Positions 48,074 to 61,200 of a DNA stretch of 64,000 bases are shown here, piece by piece. The notes under the pieces are model-generated. The model had not been told where the DNA came from, searched no databases, and saw nothing but the letters and a program-made list of their open reading frames with translations. The DNA is taken from assembly GCA_964199315.1 (NCBI GenBank), contig OZ116703.1, forward strand, positions 17,174,001 to 17,238,000. Reading direction: 5' to 3'. The translations under genes were made by a program, and so were the position numbers. Source of the stretch: Orbicella franksi (lineage: Eukaryota). Every line of letters begins with the position of its first letter. Position 1 is the stretch's first letter.

Positions 48074-51000
48074 TCATTCGAACATGGAGTCTAACTCAGT
48101 GGAGAAGTCATTTAACATGCTGTTGATGTTCTTCAATAGATCTTCAGCTATTCTACAATGAAGAGAGCATGATAGAGCAATTAATTCGAAAAGCACGAGA
48201 CGGGGTTAACAGTATATAATTTCGCGATCATAATCTGACACTGATAGTTTAGTCACGAGAGCAAGCATGAAACAAGAGTCGCCCAGCGAGGTGGGAAAAG
48301 CTTACAGTACTAAAAACACTGCACTTTAATACTTATCCAGGACCCAAACAGCCCAAAGTGATTTATAGGGCTTACTCTTTGAATTACGGAAGTAACGCTA
48401 GCGTAATGCAAGCGAGGCGAGAGAAGCTTTGCGCCCGCCTCGAAATCTCGCAACATTACATTAGAGCATTTACATGGCCAGCTGTGATCGGATTCTAATT
48501 TTTTTTTTTCAACAAATCAAAATAAAGTCATTTATCAAGGTCATGAGAATTAACGAACTGATTTCTATAGAGAACTCGCCTTGATATATAATCGTCTTCA
48601 CCTAACTATTACTATGACAACTAAGTAGGGTCTCTACTAAAGAGCTTAGAAGAATTTGTATGTTGAGCTTAAGATTTAAAGCAATTTTATGTACGTACTC
48701 TTGCTCCTTCTTCGCCGCTTCCGTGTCTACAGACTCCGCTTCGATATTTACTTCGGGCACAGCTGAAGGTGACACAGAGGGTTCTGTGACAAAATTAGCA
48801 CGATAAATAACATTGCAAGCAGAGAGGTCAGCAAGGTTAGCAACAGCATGACGTATTCCAAGAGTATTCAACGGTAACTAACCCAATCAGAGCGCGAGTA
48901 TTTGTCACGTGAGCCCATACCTGTTAGGTCAGGTCACGTTACTTAGCAACAGCCCTGGCGAAGAACCCGGCTTCAGGTTACTCTCGGAGATCAAAAAGCC
49001 GGGGAAGCAAGCAATTACCTTTGCCTCCAAAAATTGACCAAACCCGTGCAAGCGACAGCTTACAATCCAAAAATAGGAGGTATCGCCCATTCAGCGTCGT
49101 TCACTTTTAGAATGGATAAATTTCACCCACTGGACAGGCCGTTTACCCAAGAGAAAACGTTATTCATTCCTGGCACAATCGTTGTCTGCACTATATAATT
49201 CTAAAACGACGCCAAAGTGGCTATTATTCCGTGACTGACTAGCTTAGTGCTCATGTCACCACGCACACGCAGTGCATCTGAGCGCGCCCGAGCAAACTCT
49301 CTATGTGGAGACAGTCAGTCCTAGCAACTGAGCGGCATTTTACGCCAGTATATTACCAATCAATTACCGTAATCTACAATGGCGGACAAAAGTCCTTGGG
49401 ACACTAGTGATGAAATTCAACGAATTGTATGTGTTCTACAACTGAAGTTTTGAAAAAACGCTGCTATATACATTTACAAATGCGTTGCTGAAAAGTCAGA
49501 AGAAATTGCAGGTACTAGTTTTCCACATTGTGTGTGGGGTGAGAGGAGAGGCTAGGGAGGTGTTTGCCTGGCGTGTGTCACCAAAAGTGCAAATTTGCCC
49601 CGAGACTTTTGTCCATGATTGTAGCCTTACAGCGTAAAAGAAAGACGGCTGAGCCGTTCTCCCAACGGTACACAGAACTCACAGCTCCTTTTTTTTCTGG
49701 TTTATTCACCGCACAACTCACTGAAAGGACTTATAACTCACAATAAACTCTAGAAAAACTCCTTCGCTACTCGCTATTTTGTCACGTCCCGATTGTCTCA
49801 TCCTGCTCGCATGTGTTCATTACCTTATTTAGTGGTGATCGCATGTGTCACAAACTAAGAGGGGTGGGGGTCGGTTAAAACTCTTGTACACGGCTTCTGA
49901 AGAGGGTCTAAAGCAACAATGCAGGAAAATATTTACCTGTGGTTGGTACTTCTGATAGATCTTCTCTAGAACGATTTCTGAGAATCTGTTTAATTTGTTC
50001 ATCCAGTTCACCATCAGCTGTAGGAATGAGAAGAACATATAAGTCAAACGGCCAATCGTTATTCCAACTGCTTCACTGATCAGTAACCACTGCAGTTCAG
50101 TTCGTCTTCAGAGCTAGCTAGCTTTCTATTGGCCAGCACCACGAACGTTGACGCTGACCAGCTCCGATTATTTGAACATGCGCAGGGAGGTCAGTTTTCA
50201 ATGCCAGCCCATCAGATTTCAAGGGGGAGGGGGGGGGGGGTCCTGGCGACCAGACTGTCAATGCGCCAAAACCAAACGTGTAATTAATCAACACATGACT
50301 TCCGCACCATCTTGACCTACTTGGATTTCGATTGGCTTTAAATGATCATAAAATAATAATTTATTAATCTATAAACAAACGAAAACTAACCAAACAACTC
50401 CTGGCTAGTAACTAAAATTGGTAAGTAAAAGAAAGGCATCACAAGTGCTTTAAAGTATCACGCACAGCTTTTGGTTATGGTTAATTGTTACGTGCGTTGT
50501 TAAGACATTCCTTAACGCCTACATAAGGAAAGCAACAGTTTAGAAGATTACAGATATACGATTATTATCATAACATGCAAGAAGAAGTATTAAACCGTTG
50601 TCGTTTAAGACGATGTTTGAAGTATGACGTTTTTAAGAGTGCAAAAACAGTTGCGACGACAAGTTCAAGGAAAGACAAATATCTTATCACGGTTCTTTTG
50701 TGTGGCAAATCTCTCATCACAGCAAACTACGAAAACAGAGCCTGTTTACACTCCTAACACCCGTCATTGTTACTTTGATTAGTTATTAGTTATTAATGTT
50801 ACTGATTTGTTAGGATGAGTAGTGCTTGTCTGATCGTAGGTGTAGGAACAGTGCCTCACTCTCTCTCGCCGTCAACCGTTGTTTACCTCTCGTCGCGTCC
50901 ACTTGGTTCGTTCTCACTCCTCCATGATACTCGTGCGAGGTGTTCAGTCGGTCTGGAGCGCTAACCTTTCGACCTGGTTTTTCAAAACCCTTTCTTGTCT

Positions 51001-52255
51001 CTTCTATCTCTTCGATCAACGATTCCACTGAGCTATGACTGCTGGCGCTACTGCTGCACGATCGCAAACTTCCATTTCCGTTTCCGGTTTGTCGAGCGCG
51101 TGGAGGCGACGGCCAACAGGAGGGGCTAGAACCAGTGCTACTGCGTCCTGATAGCAACGTGATTGACAGTAACTATACACGTGACGTAAATGGTAATGCA
51201 ACCACGTGCGACAAAGTTGTCACGTGAATTTATTGTAAAAGGATGAATAAATGTATAAATGATATGAAACTGAAGCAATACGTCTAAAGCTGTTAAAAGT
51301 TCGTTTGTGTTCTTTAAATGAATTGAAAGTTTAATTTGTTTTTCACACAATGAGGGATATATAGATATATATACACAGATATACACACAGATATACAGCC
51401 CCACAGTAATCCGTGAAGTGTCACTGATTATTGAATTGAGGCACCTAAACAGAGATGCCTTTTTGTTTTTTTTCCAGCTACGGTTAAGTGTTTTAAAATG
51501 CTATAGGTTATGTGCTTTAAGCCAAGCTTTATAGTGCAGCGTTATTCAATTTCCGTTCATTGGCGCATGATGTATCTCAAGTCAGACTGAAGATGAAACA
51601 ATTCTTTATGTCCTCTGCTATATGTCCGTTCTCCTACAGTAACGCGATTCGCTCGATTTCAGTTTTCAATCGCCCGTGACAAAAAAACACAAAGTACTGG
51701 GGACTAGTGTACGGCCAGGATATAAAGAACTTGAATATGACACAAGTCTTGTGCAACTCGCAATCTCTCCAAAAATGACTGAAGTCTGCCGTATGTAACG
51801 AACTGTGGGATACACCAAACCAAACTTTTAGCCTTCGGGGATGTTCGTCACATCCGAGTGTACAGACGTTTACACGCAAGGGTTGGAGATCGAACATAGC
51901 ACAGGAAAATTAACTGTTATCAAATGTGCTTGTGCATCAGTCAAGATTCCCACTGATTTAGAGTAAAATCTGTTAGTTAAATTCAACTTTTAACTAGTCC
52001 AAAATTAATATTTCACTGAGTGCTTTGCTTCTGTGTTAGTTACACTTGTACAAAAACTTTCATCGCTCACGGTGATGCGTGCTATATCGTCACAACTAGA
52101 TAGGACGCTTGACGATTATCACCCCACCCCATCCCCCTCCCCGCTCCTTTAAGCCAGTATTCTGTCAGGGTCCCCTAATAATTAACAATTAGACCCGTAG
52201 CCCGCAAGGGCTACTGGTCAGTAGCCCATGAGACGAAGTCAAATGGGCTATAGAC

Positions 52256-52289
<34 letters not shown>

Positions 52290-55200
52290 TAGTATCACCA
52301 AACTAGTCGGACAGAAAAGGCAATAATAAAGTTAGCAAATGCAAGTTGAAGAAATATCTATTTGGGAATAACACGAAAGAAAGCATCACGCTCGATTGAG
52401 CCAATTTCGCTACTCGAGGACTATTACTAACAGTCTTCTAGTAGCGTAGCCAATTAAAATGCAGGATTCGCATTAGTCCACTAGTTGGGTGATACTAATT
52501 GGGGTTATCCAATTAGAGCGGTTCTCAATTGAGTGTCGTAAAACCAGAACCAAAGTAATCTCTCAAGCCAATCACAAAGAACACACAATACAGTGAGCCA
52601 ATCAAAACTCGAAGTACTCACATGTAGCTGACGCAAAGCGCGGGAAAACGCGTGCGAACGAGTCACGATTGGTTTTGGTTTTACTCCTGATTGGAAGAAA
52701 AATTGGCGCGAGTTCTTTTTAAACCAATCGCATAGCGTGGTAAGTGGAAAACCAATTACTTTTCAACACTCAAATGAAAACCGCTCTATATGGCTGGGCG
52801 AACTGGAAGAGAGGCACTGTGAGCGCAAAGCTAAGTTTGCCAAAAACAAACACAGTGACTCCGGCTGGGCCCGAACTCAGATCTGTCAAACCGGAATACA
52901 AAGCACTAACCATTAGGTTGTAGGTCAAACTATCATAGTTTCATTATTTTTTTTAAAAAAGACACTTACTGTCCACAGGAGACAAGGGTTTTGTCGGTGA
53001 CCTGTCTCCGGCGCTTTCCTCGCCCGAGCTCCTCTCTCTGTATCCAGCCGTGAAAGACGCGGACTTTCGGGGCTTGGGCGGCACTTTAGGGGGCGGGCCC
53101 TTCTTAAAGCTTTTAGGCTTGACCGGTGGTGGTGGGGCAGGTTTCTTGGGTCTCTGAAAGGTAGAGTCCGGCGAGGAGGTACGTATTCTATCGTTCTCCT
53201 CTGAAACCATGTCCTTCACGGCCATTCCGGGGCCATTGAAATCGATTTTAGTTTGATTAGAGTTGGCCACATGACGTGGCAGCTCAATATCCTCCAATGG
53301 AGGGGGAGGGCGGGGAGGAGGTTCGTCGTCTTCATTAGCTGAAGTTAAAACAGAATTATCTCCATGTAATCCTAACGAAGGGTCCAATTCATTTTCATGG
53401 TTGCCTTTTTCCTCCGGAGGGTCTAGCCGATTGGCAGAGGGATCAACCCCATCACCATCCGTCTGCGGCGCCTCAGGGCACAGATCATGTGGACCAGCAT
53501 TCTTCTGTTGATCTTGATCTCCGTTTTCATATGGTAATTCTTCTTTATGAACAAGCTGCGTTGTTGTCTCGGGAATTTCGGATTCCGCCGACGAAGAATC
53601 CTCGACAAAAAGCTCTTCATTAGCTTTTCCACTCGGGGAAAGAGCATTGCGAGAAAACTCCTTTTGGTTTTCTTGTGTTCGAGCGCTTTCCGAGATCAAT
53701 TCAGATGGTTCAACTTCATCGGTTGATACTCCGGAATCTTCTCCATCTAAACATGTCTCTAAATAACCCTTCCTCTCCTGAAGCGGAAATTTCTCTTCTA
53801 CACTTTCCAGCACGTTCTCATTTTCGTCTGCCTCTTTCAGAGCTTGCACGGCCATCCATATCTTTCTTTGATGGCCTGGTTTTTTGACTCCAATCGCTAC
53901 TAGGTCTTCTAACGTCATGTCCTGGAGGAAATCCATGTCATCGAATCCGCCGTCCAAGAACTCGGGTATGTATTGCTCTAGACCAATCAGACGCAGCCAC
54001 GTCATAATATCTCTCTGCAAGAGAAGCACCAGGTTTACCGTGAATTGGGATTGCGTGAACATGCACCAGTCGGACGTGACAACTGAACGTAACGCTTCCG
54101 TTCTTTCTTATGCCGTGGGTAAATAAGCCAAGCTTGCAAGATTTTTCAGCTAGTATAAATTGCATTTGCTCTGAAAATCTGTGACAGCTGGCCAGTGCGT
54201 ACCCGAGGCAAAGCTGAGTGAAATACTTTATGACATTTTTTCGAAATAAAAACAAAATTCAAATTTAGGACTGCATGGAAAGACCTCATACTTCCAACAC
54301 ATCACATAAGGGAATTTGAAACGTCTGTAAGTTTTGTGATAGTGCTTTACATTCCTGACAATATCCAACTATTCATGTACAAACTGCTATTACAGCTCAC
54401 CGGTTTTTCTCTCGGAAATACCACTCTACTTTCCAGTTTGGCTGATTCTGATAGAATCTTTTTCCTATGACCTGTTTTCGTCACGTTTATGGCCGTCAAA
54501 TCCTGACAAAATGCAAAGATAACAAACAAACAAAAATTACAGCAACAACCAAGCAAGTAAGCAAGCAAGTTTAAGAGTTGGTTTCCCAAAATATACGTTA
54601 TTCTCTGTATTCGTGTAACCTGCCATTCAACGTGAATAACTATCAATACGTTGAGCCCAAATTTTCCTTCACCGTCCATGTTAAGCCGCTCACAACATAA
54701 AATATTCAGTACGCCGAATTTATAGTTCTCCTACATTTTTTATGAAGACCTAAACAAAAACGCCCATGGCACACTAAAACAGGAATCTCTCACGTAATTT
54801 TGATTTCATCACTTTGTACCGAACAGTTAAGACCACATGGTTAAAAAAACAGTAAATACTACGTTTAAATACACATGACTTCCGGTTCGTCAGGCCTGTG
54901 GCTTTAAGTCTCCCATTCCAAAAATATGAAGGACTCGTTGTCAGATATAACCCTTCTGGGGGGGGGGGGGGGGGGGGGCACTAATGAATATAGCTCGAGT
55001 CCTAAAAGTCCTTTCTCAATCACACACCTCCTAACTTACGTAGTTAGAGACGAAAAGGCAAAATGACAGTATCACCCTATTTTAAACAGATCTTGCTCTA
55101 CAACAAGCGCAACAGTACGCCGTAAAGTTCGGAAAATGACGATCCTTTTGGATTCATACTAGTAGCCTGTCGCTATCGCTACTTTCCGATGATCGAAACT

Positions 55201-58200
55201 TTCGGAGGATCGCTACTCAGGCTTACAGGAGTCGTTACTTTCGGAACTTTACGGTAAATTAGCACGTGTTTCGTGTCATGTTTGGAGGAGCTCCGTGACA
55301 AAATTCAATATCGGAGGTATAAACTTGATCAGAGTAAGTAGTGTCGATTACTAATCCCTCAAGTGCTGACACTTTACCACGCAATAACTCAATAATTTGT
55401 CTTGCTTGATAACAAAAACTGATTTTTATGACATTAATACGAATGAAATCAAGTCAGACGGTTTACGTTCTTTTTCTCTTTCCCTTTTCTCAACTGAGCT
55501 ACCTTAGCATTACCTAGGTAATGGAAAAGCACAAAGCCCTAAAAGTCAAAAAAAAAAACTTCCACACTCGCGTTCGTTGTTCCCAAACAGTTGAAAGACG
55601 AAACAAACCAGTCGAACATTGGGTAAAACAACGTATAAACTACGCAAAATAAAACTTGAATTTTCACTTCAAACTTAGAATTAAGCCTTTCTCTTACTGC
55701 TAAGAATTCAAGTTTTCCTTAGCCAGTTGTCAACTCTTTTGACTCTTAAAACATATATAGTTTCAATAAATGAGTTTGGTAAACATGTTTTTTTGATTAT
55801 CACACACGAAACCACACATCGTAAAGTTGTTAAGATGACTTGTTGAAACTCGAAATTAAAGCTACAAAAGCTTGCTGTTTTCTTTACCTCTGCAGTTATT
55901 CCAAGTATACTGGTCATGTCGAAACCTCCTTTCACAAAATTATCGATGTAGATAGTCAGTCTGAATTTCTGCAGCCAGTCGAACAACTCGTTATACTCTC
56001 GCATCTAGAAAAAAAGAAGAAAGACAATAAGAACAAAGAGACATGGATATTAACAAAATGAATCAAATTGGCGCTTTTCAAGGCATCAAATATTGCAAGA
56101 AAACAACATAACACAACATAAGTAAATAAAAGGTGATGTCAAGGCAACGGAGCTAAGTATCTGCCTTTATCTAAGCAACTAGTAAGAATCTACAGGCTAC
56201 ATGTAGGCAGAGGTCAACTCTAGTAGCCGTTTCGAACGTGTTACCTGAAGCTTCAACGCCGAGCAACTCACCTAACAGTCTGCCCAAGGCCTTAAAAAAA
56301 GTACCGAGAAAATGATCGTGTCTTATCCAAACAGAGCTCAATGATAAGTTGCTTGAAAAATTAACTGTGGCATTTCTACTCAACCACAAACTGCAGGTGC
56401 TCTGGGAAAAATTCCACTGTTTCCGCGCTGACGAATAGTGACTGAATGCCTGACGTGACTAAATAAGGTTAAATCGCGAATCTAACATCCTGAAACAAGT
56501 TCAGTCAATGATATTCTTCTTCCCACGTTTCCTGTTGATAGTATATTCGAAATATCCTGCGGGGCTCAGCTAATTAGGGAACATCATGACAGAAGAAAAT
56601 CACTGAAAGAGCGGATCGGCGTGCTCGATAGGCAGGCAATGTTCCTTTTACAAAATAAACTTCACTTCTTTATAATTTTAATATCCTCGACTTGATGGTA
56701 ATAGGGCTCTTATATGCAGAGTCTGTAAATGGGCGTAACGAGCCACTCAAATGCTATACACTTTCACTGACGCAAAAAAGCACTTGAAACTTGACCTCTC
56801 AACATCCGCCACAGAGTGCATCTTTCCGCACACTATCGTTTTCGTTTACTCCTTTTAACACAACTGCAACAGAGACGCACTCGTCATTTCTCGTTGATTT
56901 AGAGAAAAGAGACCTAACCCTGAAGTCAGGCTCTCTTTCAGCAAACCTGTTTAACACACAAGTCAATAAAATGCCATATATTGATGTTCTCAGACAAGGA
57001 TATCTCCACTCACCTTAAGCGGGATGTGGCCCGTAGCTTCCGAGGGATCACCCGCGTCTCCTGCTGGAACAAAATAGATACGCCACGCACGTTGAGTACA
57101 ACGGAAAGACGACCACGACGTATAGAGACGAATGAAGTCAAATACGGTAACAAAATGTTAGGTTGTGGCGCCGGCAACAACCGCCCTTTCCCCAAGTCTC
57201 TCCCGATTTTTCTTAAAGGAAAATAGAGCAAAGCAAAACCTGAACTTTCTAGACTGACGGCAATAAATCCCTTTGATTGCTATAATAAATGTAATTACTA
57301 CGAAAATCAGGTGAAGGGTATCTAACGTATCTACATGGTACATAAAACTTGTCTCGCAAAAAAGGCTCGTAGGTGAACTTGCAAGAAAGTCAGCTTGCTG
57401 AGTACAATAGGTTACTACTAGCCTGCAGAACTGGCAGATTTGCGGTGTCCGCGTTCGTGTACTACGTCTCCCGCTGAGCCCCGCAAATCCGCCTGTTCTA
57501 TGGGCTGGGTTACTAATGACCAGGAGCCCATGAAATCCTGTAATCCCTGACTTTTAGTTCGTATTGAGCCTATCCCAAGATGTAGTCTCATGACTAACGT
57601 TTCGTGCAAACCTGAAAACCAAACCTACAGGATATGATAAAATACCCCACAAACGTGTATTTATGAACAAATGACGTCCTATTTTCCAGAAGAAAGTTTT
57701 TTCTTTTTTCATCGAAAGTACATGTTCAAGTGTTTTCCAGATTCCCTTCATTCGTTCTGTATTTCACCATTGTTGGGGAAGACTGTAGGCTCGAATTGCT
57801 GATCAAATGAAGTAATGGCCAATTCCCGTTATGAGATGCCCCTGCCGGGGAATCCTGGTAGTTGTCTTCAAGAATGCCAGGGGGTTGTTGTGAGGTTTGG
57901 GGGATTGTTGACAGTGCTTACCGCGTCGGTCGATATTGACATACTGATGGTTAACTGGCACGGCACCGTTTGTCATCATCTCGTAATCCATTCCATCTTT
58001 GTTTTCCCCTACAGAGTGATGCCAAAAACATTCTCAAAATATCACTTGCAAAATCTTCATTAAAAAAAAGTCTTTTTCGTCGAGGAATGATTATACAGAA
58101 GGATCGGATTCAGCAAGTGAAAAATGTGGTCGCATACCATCGGTTCTATAAATTAAAAAATTGCTTCAAACAAGTTTAGACTTCGGGAAACAACAACCGT

Positions 58201-61200
58201 AACAAAACTTAATTTGAGATGAAAAGGTGATCAGTCGTTCAATCAAGATTCCATTAAACCCCGAGTTCCCGAGTTGAAATTGAAAAAAAAGAAACAATAT
58301 AACCTCAAATTTCAGTTGATATTATTGTTACAAACAAGTGCACTCTGGGAGTGTTAGGGTTAATGGCTGTAATTTTACCTTCTCGACGTCGAAAGGAAAA
58401 CAAGTTATTTTCAAAGAGGTAGCAGAACATAATACAGTTGTGCAATTAGGGCTTAAAACTAGTAAACCAAAGACGTTGACTTTCCGTCAATGAGAATAGA
58501 AGTTTGACAACTGAATCTAAACTTGCACTGCAACGGGTTTAAAGACATCTACCCGTTTCCTCTAAACGTAGGTAATATATTCAAGTCTACAATCCTGGCC
58601 AAAAGTCCTTGGGACACTTAGCTTATACCGTGGGCTGAAACATTAATGTCTTTCTGCTCTTGCTAGGAAGTGATTTTACGAGTTTTACCACCTCCCCCCT
58701 CCCTCACCCAAGACAATGTTGACTTGGGGACAGAATTCTAGCTACATGGACAACATTATAAGGGGGAGGGGAGGGGGTATATGCATTAACTGTATGACCA
58801 CTAGAAAAGTAAGTAGTGTCCCAAAACTTTTGACCAGGATTGTACGTTCCTATATTTGATTTAAAGGAATTTAGTTTGGTACATTAAAGTAGCTTTACCT
58901 GCATCATCTGATAAACTGGTCTCATTGTCTTGCTTAACAGCTTGATTACTAGTCTTGTCATTTTGTGCTGTGTCAGCAGGAACAGCTCCCGTCATTGGCA
59001 CATAATTGACATCATTCGAGACGTTGTCCCATTTCACCGGCGTGCTAGCGCCTGGCGTGACATTTTCGTAGCCCCTGGCGTGAGTTTTTTTCGAGGTTGG
59101 TGTGTTAACAATAACGTAACCGTCCTCTCCTTCTCCCTGTTGGTCGACATGTGAGATGATCATACTCTGCGTATCGTTACCAGGCTTTCCTCTGTTCGGC
59201 AGCTGCACATTCTCGTAAGCTAGTTGCTGTTTTGGTTTCGGATATTCTTTCACCTTCAATGGTTGCGGTTTCCATAAAACGTCAGGGGAAGGAGGCGTTG
59301 CTTTACTTAGACTCATGTCTTCGTATCCTTTCCTTGACAATTCGGGACTTGCGACCCGTCGCGAGGGTTCCTCAGTAACGCTGAGACCCGTTTGACTCGT
59401 AAGACCGATCTGACCCTCGGGACTTGAATGTCCCGCGGGATGTTTGTCTGGTGGAAGAGCCGCAGGTAGTCTTCCAGATTTGAAAGTTGATTGGCTAGAT
59501 TCGGGAACAGCAGCGGGTGCGACGTCCTTAACAGGCGCCCGTATTTTAGGCGGTAGCGAAGGCGGTGGATTCGATGTATTTCGTACCCAAATATCGTCCA
59601 TCTCGACGTTTGAAGCACAAGGCTTCTTATTCTCTTTTTCAGGCAGCTGTGGAAGTTCTTCGCATTTATCAACCTCCTCAACGGATTCATTTGACGGCGG
59701 TAAACGAACTTCAGTGTACTGCGTTTTGCTGTTTGTTTGAACTCCTGGATTAGGGGCCTGGGGAGGAGACAAGGGCGCTTTGTCAACCTCAACCTCCACA
59801 TACTGCAGGCCCGTACCGGAAGCGAGTTTGACTGAGCCTTTTTTGGCTTTGAGTCCCTTTGCAGGTAAAACTGGCTCAAACAAGGCCTTTTTCGTGGCAG
59901 GATTGGGGCTCTCTTCCCCATCTTCATCACCGCGATGGCGAGGTCCCTTTTTACCGAAACTACTTAATCGAGGAGAGTTTCTCTGAAAACCTGGAGAAGG
60001 CGGCACTATGATGGAAAAACAACAGCAAAAGAGAATTTTACAACACATAAGAATCCTTCACAGTCGTTGAATTGAACGTAAAGGTTAGGGAACGCATGTA
60101 TGCCGAGCCGAACAGAAGCCGTTTTCGAAATAGTTTTATATCTCCTATGTGGCTGGGATCAAATAAAATCAACTCTTTCATCAACTCTTTCTGGAGGAAA
60201 CCAGTTTTCGTTTGATGTCAGAAATTCAACATGAATTCTGATCAATTACAGTTAAATCATAATTATCACGAGTTTACTTTTTTACGAGTTATTTTTTCCC
60301 TGGTTTGATGTCACTGTTGTTTAATATACCTGGAGGTAATGTAACCATCTGGTAAGATCCCACCGGAAGTACGCCAGCTTCCTTAAGCTTTGGTGACTTC
60401 TTGGCTAAAAAACATAACGTTAAAACAGCACAACATCGGCAGTTTGGAAACATTGCTGTCAAAATTCTTCGAGTATTTTTCCAGTAAAAATATGTACGTT
60501 TGCTTTGTTCAGAGTTTGCTAAGCGCTCAAGTGATTACAGCGTGAGTAGTGATTGATTAATGAAATTCATGCAGCAAGCTCTAACCAATAAGGATTTTTT
60601 TAAGGTAATCATCCCCCCCGGGGGGGGCGGGGGGAAGGGTACTCCCGTATATGCCGTTAAGCCGTTTTGGTCAGAAATAGAGTATTGACTTTGGCCATTT
60701 TGGTCTCAAATACGGTACAGTTTTTGCACTCTAGGCTTGAATTGGGTATGAATTTTTAGGAGAAGCTACTTTTTAATTATAAGGCAGGTTTGAAACAGGG
60801 TATTGCTTGCCACTGGGTACTATTTCAATTTCAGTTCTGATTAGTTGATGATACTACGTGTATTTGCGGTGGATCTTAGATTGCTTTCCTTTTAAACGGA
60901 CCTTTGTTTGTCAGTAAAGTAATGTATGTTTTCTTTTAAGGTTTTCGACATGTTGAGTGAAAATGACGATTCACTAATACTAACCAGAAGAGGCTTTTCT
61001 TGGTGTGGTTAACCTGACGAAGTTTCCTGGGAAGTATCCAACTTTCTCTTTCTGGAAATCAACATTACAAACAGATTTAAGAGGTTAACAATGGCATGAC
61101 CACATAACTGTAAATTACAGTTGGAACACTCATGAAGAAGCTGCGAACAACTCGTCTTTGGAAACAATTTTTTGGAAAATAAGACTGACAGAGAATTCCA

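Noticed and set aside
57419-57508. Possible extra Caskin exon (ORF 57418-57609)
   Set aside because: The sequence is a short MITE with inverted ends (tagcctgcagaactggcagatttgcg / cgcaaatccgcctgttctatgggctg), and the flanking exons already splice in phase without it.
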